Shown: positions 8,106-15,331 of the stretch, in pieces
How positions within the stretch are numbered: the first letter of the stretch is position 1
Layout of the letters: every line of letters starts with the position of its first letter
Origin: Gemmatimonadota bacterium
GTDB lineage: Bacteria > Gemmatimonadota > Gemmatimonadetes > Longimicrobiales > Gaopeijiaceae
Direction of reading: 5' to 3'
Assembly (NCBI GenBank): GCA_039589315.1
Contig: JBDHHQ010000066.1
Coordinates: 1-24,079, forward strand
DNA length: 24,079 bases
Translations under genes and position numbers: made by a program
The notes under the pieces: generated by a model
What the model saw: the letters and a program-made list of their open reading frames with translations, nothing else
Database searches by the model: none
What the model was told of the DNA's origin: nothing

Positions 8106-8665
8106 TGAGCTTTCCGGAGTGTGTACCCGCAGTGTCTGAAGCGGCCGTTGGCGTCCCGCGGCGGGCCGCGATCGTGTCGCTGCCGATCCTGCTCGTGGCC
8201 CTTGTCGCCGGCTGTGGCCCCCAAGAGACCCCCTCTGCACATCTGAGCCCGAGCGACAGCGCGTCGATCGACCAGATCCGGCGGGCGCTCGCGGAGACGG
8301 AGCTCGCCGGGTCATGGCGCGAGCAAGTCGATCTGTTCGTCCCGGATGGCGCGCTTCTCGAGGGCCGGAGGCCACCCCTCGTCGGCAGAGCAGCGATCCG
8401 GGCAGGGCTCGGGGAATTCGACATCGCCGTGGACACCTTCGACCTGAGCTCTCATGAAGTCGCGGGCAACCGGAGCCTGGCCGTCGATCGAGGGCGTTAC
8501 GTGATCGGGGTTCGGACCTCCAGGTCGGGGCCCATGGTTCTGGATTCCGGATGGTATATGATGGTCCTGAGGCAACAGCGAAACCGGTGGCGGATCGCCG
8601 CTCTGACCCACCACTCCGATGGAAGATCCGCGGACGCAGCGATGCGCGCCGTCAACGAGCGCTAG
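8106..8665 (+). CDS. DUF4440/YybH (SnoaL/NTF2-like) lipoprotein A, copy 2
   Basis: Lipobox LVAGC; LFVPDG..VGRAAIR..LAVDRGRY..GWYMMVLR..WRI. The start is uncertain. Confidence 0.75.
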
Positions 8666-8669
8666 CCTG

Positions 8670-9206
8670 GTGACGTCGGCCTGGTATCGGAGGCGTCTAC
8701 GACGATTGCGGTCGCCCCGCATGGGCTCGTGGATGATTGGGACAGTGAGCCTTTCCCTCCTCGCATGCTCCGACCACTCTGGTGCCGCTACCTCCGTGCG
8801 CGAGGCGATCCCCGGCATCGAAGCTCTGGCGACGGCGTACGTGAGCGCCGTTTTGTCCAACGACGCTGCGGGCCTCACGGCACTCTACCATTCTGAAGCG
8901 GTCCAACTCCCTCCAGGAGAGCCGGCCGTTGAGGGTCGCACCGCCATCGTGGACCGGTTCGCGAGGTCTCGGAGCGCCTCCGAACCCGGTGGTCCGGTGA
9001 GCTTCTGGGGGTTCTCCTGGAGCGTGGACGGGTTCGGAGGGGATCTCGCCTACGACTACGGCATGTACCAATTCCAGGTCACGTACGAAGAAGGGGACAC
9101 GTCGGAGCTTCTCGAAGGGACCTACGTGGTGGTGCTGCGGGAAGAGGGAGGTGCCTGGAGGATCTGGCGGGAGGCCTGGACCGAGGGGGCCACCGACGAT
9201 CCCTAG
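8670..9206 (+). CDS. DUF4440/YybH lipoprotein B, copy 2, intact
   Basis: Lipobox LLAC; ALYHSEAVQLPPGEPAVEGRTAI..LAYDYGMY..GTYVVVLREEGGAWRIWREAW. The start is GTG 8670 or ATG 8721. Confidence 0.85.
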   Translation: MTSAWYRRRLRRLRSPRMGSWMIGTVSLSLLACSDHSGAATSVREAIPGIEALATAYVSAVLSNDAAGLTALYHSEAVQLPPGEPAVEGRTAIVDRFARSRSASEPGGPVSFWGFSWSVDGFGGDLAYDYGMYQFQVTYEEGDTSELLEGTYVVVLREEGGAWRIWREAWTEGATDDP

Positions 9207-9216
9207 CCGGACACGT

Positions 9217-10185
9217 CTAGGGAACCCTGCCTCGCAGGCGCTCGATGTTCGACCGATGCTCGTCGAACGTGGTCGAGAACACCGACCGCCCATCCGGACC
9301 CGCCACGAAGAACAGGTACGGCTCGTCGGCCGGGGAAAGGGCGGCATCGATCGCGAGCTCGTCCGGGGCTCCCACCGGACCTGGCGGCAGGCCGTCGATG
9401 AAGTACGTGTTGTAGGGATGGTCCGCGAGCTGGTCGATGTCCCTGAAGGATACCCCCGCCCCTACAGGCAGCGCGTACCGGATCGTCACATCGGCTTGCA
9501 GCTGCATTCCCTGGCGAAGGCGATTGTGGAAGACGGCCGAGACCAGCGGCAGCTCGTCGTCCCGGAAGGTCTCGGCTCGGATCAAGCTGGCGAGGGTGGC
9601 GAGTTCCCTCTCGGACATTCCAAGGGAATCCAATCGCGCCTGCCGGGCCTCGGTCCAGACCTCCCGGTATCGCTGGTAAAGGAGGCTGGCCACACCTTCG
9701 ACTGTCATCGGCGCCTCGAGGCGGTAAGTGGCCGGAAACAGGTATCCTTCCATGGTGGGGCCCGGAGCGCCAAGCGAATCGGCGAGAGACGGTCGCAGCA
9801 GCTCCTGGACGACGGTCTGGGGAGTCAGTCCCACGAGGGGGCCGATTCGATCGCCGATCTCGGCAATGCGAGCACCTTCGGGAATCGTCAAGACATACCC
9901 AACTGACCGACCGGAGACCAGGACGTCCAGGATCTCCGCCCAGGACGCCCCACTGGGCAGGTCGTAGGTACCCGGCTTCACGGCCCGGTCCACGCCGCGG
10001 AGGCGGGCGTAGACCCGTAGCCGAAAAGCCGAACGAACCACGCCTCGGGCATGGAGGGAGTCCGCGATCTCGGCGAACGTGGCGCCCTCGGCGACGGTGA
10101 CACGCTCGAGGTAGTGCTCCGTGCGTCCACAGCCCACCAGAAGACACAGGAGCAGACCAAGGCCGCCGGCAGTCAACCGGCTCAC
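9217..10185 (-). CDS. mltG: Endolytic transglycosylase MltG (YceG family)
   Basis: TIPEG, EGYLFPATY, LASLIRAET, VFHNRL..GMQLQAD, PYNTY..GLPPGP and YLFFVA motifs. Its GTG overlaps the upstream TGA. Confidence 0.95.
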   Translation of the reverse strand: MSRLTAGGLGLLLCLLVGCGRTEHYLERVTVAEGATFAEIADSLHARGVVRSAFRLRVYARLRGVDRAVKPGTYDLPSGASWAEILDVLVSGRSVGYVLTIPEGARIAEIGDRIGPLVGLTPQTVVQELLRPSLADSLGAPGPTMEGYLFPATYRLEAPMTVEGVASLLYQRYREVWTEARQARLDSLGMSERELATLASLIRAETFRDDELPLVSAVFHNRLRQGMQLQADVTIRYALPVGAGVSFRDIDQLADHPYNTYFIDGLPPGPVGAPDELAIDAALSPADEPYLFFVAGPDGRSVFSTTFDEHRSNIERLRGRVP

Positions 10186-11129
10186 GAGCTACCGTAGTCC
10201 ACGACGAAAGGCACGCTGTCCTGAGGCATCCAGGAGAGCAGCGACATCATCTGATTGAACCGACCTTCATCTGCGGGATGGACGCCGATGCAGCCGGCGG
10301 TACCATCGTCGGCAGGATCCAGGTGAAGGAAGAAGCCGAAGCGGGTGTGCGCCTCTGCGGGGTGCATGGGCACGCGTATGGGACCCCACTGCTCCAGCGT
10401 CCCGCCCGTAGTGTACTGCAACTCCCCGTTCCGGACGTCCGGAAACTGAACCTGATCCTTCAGAACATAGTATAGCCCCTGTGGGATCGGGCCCCGGTCG
10501 GTAATCGACTGATACCTCGGGTGTGTGTAGTCGATACCGGTCTCGTTCTCGGGGTTGTCGGCTCGCAGGCCGGACACCGCCCGGACCCGGATCTCGTTGC
10601 CTCCACGATCGAGCAAGCTGACCGTTTCTCCGTCGAACCTGAGCAATGCCAGGCCCAGTCCGGAGTGCGTCCGGGGTAGGACAGATCGGCCCGCGGCATT
10701 GGAGAGCCGAACGGAGCCCGAGACGGTTTGGCGCCGTCCGCTGGAGTCCGTCACACGGGCCCGCACCCGGTAGCGACCGGACTCGGGCGGCCGGTTGCGC
10801 TGGCCTTCGAACGTGCCGTCCCAGATGGCGACCTTGTGCCCGGGCGTCGGATCGGTCCAGACGAAGGTCCTGCGTTCTCCACCCAGCGCCCGCCGTCGCG
10901 ACACGACGACTTCGATGGACCGGATCGTGGGAGCCACGGACCTCGAGAAGCCGGCCGCCCTCGAGCGTCGATCTCGAACGAGGAACGTGATGCGTACGGC
11001 TTCACCCTCGTCGACTCGCGACGGTTGCGGTTGGACCTGGAGGTCGGTGACCCACTCGCCCACCCCTGCCGAGTCGGCGCACGCGACAGCCGAGGTCCAC
11101 ACGAGGATCAGGACGATTGGGACTCGCAC
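10182..11129 (-). CDS. Lipoprotein with FlgD-type Ig domain and C-terminal Tlde1/DUF2778 (L,D-transpeptidase-fold) domain
   Basis: Signal ending AVAC; WDGT..GRYRVR (Ig domain); AVSG..RGPIPQGLY..WG..RFGFFLH..GTAGCI (His/Cys pair). Confidence 0.75.
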   Translation of the reverse strand: MRVPIVLILVWTSAVACADSAGVGEWVTDLQVQPQPSRVDEGEAVRITFLVRDRRSRAAGFSRSVAPTIRSIEVVVSRRRALGGERRTFVWTDPTPGHKVAIWDGTFEGQRNRPPESGRYRVRARVTDSSGRRQTVSGSVRLSNAAGRSVLPRTHSGLGLALLRFDGETVSLLDRGGNEIRVRAVSGLRADNPENETGIDYTHPRYQSITDRGPIPQGLYYVLKDQVQFPDVRNGELQYTTGGTLEQWGPIRVPMHPAEAHTRFGFFLHLDPADDGTAGCIGVHPADEGRFNQMMSLLSWMPQDSVPFVVDYGSS

Positions 11130-11177
11130 GCTTGGAATCCTCGCTCAGGAGCGGTCCCGTGACGAGGAGGCGAACAA

Positions 11178-11209
11178 CGACCGCCACCTGTGGTCAGAGG
11201 TGGCGGTCG
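11178..11209 (-). terminator. Hairpin, probable terminator (copy 2)
   Basis: CGACCGCCACCT-N8-AGGTGGCGGTCG, followed by TTGTT on the minus strand. Confidence 0.6.
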
Positions 11210-11237
11210 AGTCCTTCCGTCGAGGGAAGAGACCGGA

Positions 11238-11528
11238 CTAGAACTTCTTCCCCGAGCAGGGGGTCGAGGAGGGAGTTCCGCCGACGTTGTTGTCGACAGT
11301 GACGGTTCGGCTGTCCACCGACGCCTCGCAAACGATGCAGTCTCCGTTCACGTCCATGGGATGACCGGTCGCGGTCCTCGGAGCGAAGTGCAGTGGACAG
11401 AGCCCCTCTCCGATTGCGGAGAGCAGGGCCTCGGATTCGGGACTGAGGACATCGCCGTCCATGGCTTCACATGCGAGCCACGAGGTCGTACCTAGCACGA
11501 GCGTGACGAGTAGGACCAGCTTTCTCAT
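11238..11528 (-). CDS. Small Cys-rich lipoprotein of unknown function
   Basis: GGAGG RBS; MRK-hydrophobic-WLAC signal; CPxxF, DVNGDCIVC and VDNN; a homolog is present in copy 1. Confidence 0.8.
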   Translation of the reverse strand: MRKLVLLVTLVLGTTSWLACEAMDGDVLSPESEALLSAIGEGLCPLHFAPRTATGHPMDVNGDCIVCEASVDSRTVTVDNNVGGTPSSTPCSGKKF

Positions 11529-11645
11529 TCGCGGCCTCCAGTCGTAGTGGGTCTGGCAACGAAATCCGTCTCGGCGCTGTCCCGGCGAACGTAGGACTCG
11601 CGTCCGTGCCGGCGCAACGACCGGCCGTGCGCATGTTAAGCCGGC

Positions 11646-11665
11646 ATCGTTATCTCACCGTTACC
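11646..11665 (-). promoter_or_regulatory. 11-bp-period direct repeat GGTAACGGT-GA-GATAACGAT
   Basis: About 118 nt upstream of the small lipoprotein start; matches the motif at 14627-14646. Confidence 0.5.
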
Positions 11666-12000
11666 TGGGTATCCCGCGTCCGCTCGTGATCCCGCTGCAG
11701 ACGTGCACCAGCGGGAGTGAAGAGCCACCGGCTTTGGAAGGCATCCCCTCGAGACGCCATCCCAGGGATTGGCGGACAGCAGCAGGCGGTTGCGTTCGCC
11801 TTGATGAGGGCTTCAACACCGGCGGTGACTTGGCGTGGACCGGAGGAGCCTCCAGGATGCCGGGCTTCGGTATGACGACCGATGGGTGCCGTAGCCTGCG
11901 CCCGACCACTGGCTCTGCGCTCGGATGTGGGCACGTGGTGGCCGGCGTCATGTGCGTCGCCGTCTCACCCCGAACCATGCTCAGGGAAGGAGCGGGAAAG

Positions 12001-13104
12001 ATGAAGGACCTGAGAGCGAATCTGGTTGCCCCTGCGTTGCCTTGCGCGGCCATCGTCCGTGCTGTCGTGCGCGCCGGCGTGGTGGCCGTTGCCGCCGGGC
12101 TCGTCCACACCGCCGCGATCGCACAGGAGCCCGTCTCGTTCGTCGAGCCGGACCCCGAGCTGTTCCCACCCAACACGCTGGTGTCGCGCATTCACATCGA
12201 CGACGCCGTGCTGGAGAACGTGACGAACACCGCCCAGTTCGTTACTGCGCTGAGGGAGCACCTCATGGTCGAGGCCAGCATGCCGTTGGACGAGCCGCTG
12301 TGGGTGACCCCTCGTTGGAACGTCGTTGGTGTGCCGGACGGCATGCCGTACACGATCGAGACCGGCCGGCTCGGTTTCGGGCTCGAGGGCGGCTCGGCAG
12401 TGTCGTCCGACCTCGCATCCGCCGTTCGCGCCTCTCACGAGGCCGACACCTTCTCCGACTGGGAGGAAGAGGCGGCTTGGGCCTGGTTCCTCGAGGCCCT
12501 GGAAGATGCCCTGGCTGATCCCGCCATGATGCAGGGGTTGACGCCCCGTGGACGAGACGACTCGGGACGTGTGCCGGTTCGCATCGCAGCGGTCCATTCC
12601 GTGCCGTTCGGAGAAGAGGCGTTGGACCTCAAGGAGAGCTTCGAGCGGGACTACCTGGAACTGGGCCCCGGCGCCAGCTTCGGTTCTTCGGCGATGGCGG
12701 ATTGGGAGGCGCCGGAGGGACTTGCATACGACACCCAGATGTTGTTCTTCGAGCTCGAGCCCAGCGCCGAAGCCGAGCGGGCGCAGCAAGCCAGGGACGC
12801 GTTCGGGGCTGACCTGACCGCGATCGAGCTTCCGGCTGATGCGCTGGACCGATTCGTGGGCAACTACGAGATCCAGCCCGGCGTGATCCTCGAGGTCTGG
12901 CGCGAAGGCGGTTCGCTGATCGCCGCGACCCGGGACGACAAGACCGATCTGGTCACCCTGATCCCGTTCTCGAAGACGGGATTCTGGACCGAAGTGGAGG
13001 GTGAGCGGATGACCCTCACGTTCGCCATCGATGGCGACGGCGCGGTGGAAAGCGCGACGATGGAACGGACCGATTTCACCATGACGATGCCGAGGGTCCC
13101 CTGA
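12001..13104 (+). CDS. Secreted protein with C-terminal DUF3471 domain
   Basis: AAGGAG RBS; signal ending AIA-Q; C-terminal 'LPADALDRFVGNYEI..LEVWREGGSL..LIPFSKTGF..LTF'. Confidence 0.75.
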   Translation: MKDLRANLVAPALPCAAIVRAVVRAGVVAVAAGLVHTAAIAQEPVSFVEPDPELFPPNTLVSRIHIDDAVLENVTNTAQFVTALREHLMVEASMPLDEPLWVTPRWNVVGVPDGMPYTIETGRLGFGLEGGSAVSSDLASAVRASHEADTFSDWEEEAAWAWFLEALEDALADPAMMQGLTPRGRDDSGRVPVRIAAVHSVPFGEEALDLKESFERDYLELGPGASFGSSAMADWEAPEGLAYDTQMLFFELEPSAEAERAQQARDAFGADLTAIELPADALDRFVGNYEIQPGVILEVWREGGSLIAATRDDKTDLVTLIPFSKTGFWTEVEGERMTLTFAIDGDGAVESATMERTDFTMTMPRVP

Positions 13105-13139
13105 CCTGGGACGTGGGATTGCCCGGCCGGGAGGAGACA

Positions 13140-13252
13140 CCGTGGATGTCGATCGCAGGACCGACGTGCGGATCGCCCGTCGCCTGCTCGGGGCTCATGT
13201 AGTGTCGAGCGCCGAGACCCAGGCCGGTCTCGGTTACGCGGTCCCCTCCGGC
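13140..13252 (-). pseudogene. Ser/Thr protein kinase activation-loop fragment
   Basis: AGGDRVTETGLGLGARHYMSPEQATGD..DI is a decayed 'GGxRLTETGLSLGTPHYMSPEQA'. Confidence 0.75.
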
Positions 13253-13401
13253 GTACGGCTGTCCTTTCCGGTGTTCACGAACCGGATGCACTGCCCCTGG
13301 TTGCGGAACCCGAACGCCTGCCATCCGCCCTTCTTGCACTCGTCCTTGTTCGCGGGATCGTCGCGTGAGAGCGTTCCGACGACGTTGTCGATGAGCAGCG
13401 C
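13234..13401 (-). pseudogene. C-terminal fragment of a secreted protein with a two-Cys tail motif
   Basis: DPANKDECKKGGWQAFGFRNQGQCIRFVNTGKDSR; an in-frame TGA lies just upstream and there is no start codon. Confidence 0.55.
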
Positions 13402-13409
13402 TCACCGAC

Positions 13410-14594
13410 CCTGGGTACCGGTACGGCGAACCGGCCGAGGCCGGGCCAGCCGCCCTGGGGGCGCGTCAGCCCTGCTTCTCCTCCGACGGACAACGGATCG
13501 GCTTCATCACCGCCGGTCGCGAGCTCAAGGTGGCCTCGCTGGGGGGAGAGCCGCCCTTGACCCTGTTGGATACCGGCCTCGTCCGGGGCGGCGGCTCGTG
13601 GAGTGACGACGGATACATCTACTTCACGAGAGGGGCCGTGGTCGGGGGGACAGGAGTGACCCTCGGGCTCGGTCGCGTGCCTGCAGTCGGAGGCGCCCCC
13701 GAGATCGTCTCCGAGCTGGACAGCGCACGCGCCGAGGTGGGTCACATGTTTCCGGACGCCCTTCCGAACGGCCGCGGCGTGCTGTTCACGATCTCCCGCG
13801 AGCGCCTGTATGGGGGCCGAGCGGCGCTCGCCATCACCGAGGGGTCGGAGACCCAGATGTGGATCAAGCGGCTCGATCAGGGCCCGCTTTCCAAGCTGTC
13901 GTTCGAGGGGACCGTCAGCGGACGGGCCAACTGGCATCCCGATGGCCAGTCATTGGTCTTCCGCTCGATCCGCGGCGAGAATAGCGATCTGTATTCGCGT
14001 CGCGCAGATGGCAGCGCCCCGACCGAGCTGCTCATGGACGACGAGCTGGACCTGACCGAGGTGCTCTATTCGCCGGACGGGGAGTGGCTCGTTTATCGTC
14101 GCGGCCTCGATCTGTTCGCGCAGCGCGTTGGATCCGACGAAGCTCCCCTCGCTCTGGCAGCCGGCGAGTTCGCGGAGCTGCAGCCCGCGATCTCTCCCGA
14201 CGGCCGCTGGCTGGCCTTCGCCACGGACGAGGCTGGGAGGGACGAGGTGTACGTCCACCCGTTTCCGAATACGGCCGACGCGCGCTGGCAGGTTTCCTCG
14301 GACGGAGGCCTGGAACCGGTCTGGGCTCACAGCGGGCGCGAGCTATTCTATCGGAGCCTGGACGAGCAGCTGATCTCGGTGGACGTCCTGCCGGGCTCCA
14401 CGTTCATCGCGGGAGACCGCAGGGCGCTGTTCTCGGTTCAACCGTTCGCAAGTAGCGTCCAGAGTCGATTCTACGACGTCGCACCTGACGACGAGCGCTT
14501 CGTGATGGCCCGCCCCGTGGCCGACGAAGGCCTCGGTCAGATGGTGGTCGTGGAGCACTTCCTCGAGGAGCTGCGGCGGCGGATCGCGAATTGA
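13410..14594 (+). pseudogene. TolB-like beta-propeller (PD40) C-terminal part of a kinase-TolB protein
   Basis: Repeated SPDG/HPDG blades and the C-terminus YDVAPDDERF..VVVEHFLEELRR. There is no kinase domain, the 5' end is frameshifted, and an internal deletion is apparent near 13810. Confidence 0.75.
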
Positions 14595-14626
14595 GCGGAC
14601 GCGATTCGAGCCGCTGCCTCCTTCGA

Positions 14627-14646
14627 GATAACGGCTGGATAACGGC
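14627..14646 (+). promoter_or_regulatory. 11-bp-period direct repeat GATAACGGC-TG-GATAACGGC
   Basis: Perfect 9-mer repeat about 130 nt upstream of the CHRD gene. Confidence 0.55.
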
Positions 14647-14776
14647 CGTCGCAGAGATTGACGGTTCTGGTGGACATCAGGGCCCCTGTAGGCCGTGTGG
14701 GGTCCTCAATGCCTGGCTCACCTCGAAACGACCCGACCTCGCACAGGCTGCCGCGCATTCTCATGGAGGGAGTCCG

Positions 14777-15322
14777 ATGAACCGAAGCGCCCTTGGCACC
14801 GTAGCGATTCTTCTCGGCGCATTGCCGTTGGCATTCGGATGCGCCGAGCAGGCGAGCACGCCAACCGACGCGAGCGATGCCGCCCGGGCCGACCTGATGA
14901 TCGTGCCCGAGGTGGCTCACTTCCTGGCTCACCTGGACGGCGGCCAAGAAGTCCCGCCGGTGGTGAGCGACGGAAATGGCTTGGCCACGTTCAAGCTTTC
15001 CCCAGACGGCACGGAGTTGAAGTACACCCTGGTGACGAACCACCTCGAAGAGGTCCTCCAAGCTCACATCCACCTGGGCCCGGCAGGCGAGAACGGACCC
15101 GTGGTGGCCTTTCTCTTCAGCGCCGGAGTTGTCTCGCAGAACGGCGTGCTGGCCCAGGGGACCATCACCGAGTCCGATCTGGTCGGCCCGCTGGCGGGGC
15201 AACCCCTCCTGGTGCTGGCCGAGGAGTTGGAGGGCGAGAATACGTACGTGAACGTGCACACGCTCAGCCACCCACCGGGAGAGATTCGAGGGCAGATCCA
15301 GGTCACGGGGTTGGGGCGCTAG
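14777..15322 (+). CDS. CHRD domain lipoprotein
   Basis: GGAGGGAG RBS; lipobox AFGC; LDGGQEVPPV, AHIH..GENGPVV and YVNVHT..PGEIRGQI. Confidence 0.92.
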   Translation: MNRSALGTVAILLGALPLAFGCAEQASTPTDASDAARADLMIVPEVAHFLAHLDGGQEVPPVVSDGNGLATFKLSPDGTELKYTLVTNHLEEVLQAHIHLGPAGENGPVVAFLFSAGVVSQNGVLAQGTITESDLVGPLAGQPLLVLAEELEGENTYVNVHTLSHPPGEIRGQIQVTGLGR

Positions 15323-15331
15323 GTCCCGCCG

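Noticed and set aside
11635..11641. GTTAAGC as an integron attC core
   Set aside because: I found no matching RYYYAAC inverse core or repeated attC-like hairpins, and the genes are not co-oriented.
11686..12000. N-terminal extension of the DUF3471 ORF
   Set aside because: The RBS and signal peptide favour ATG 12001; the upstream region cannot be assigned.
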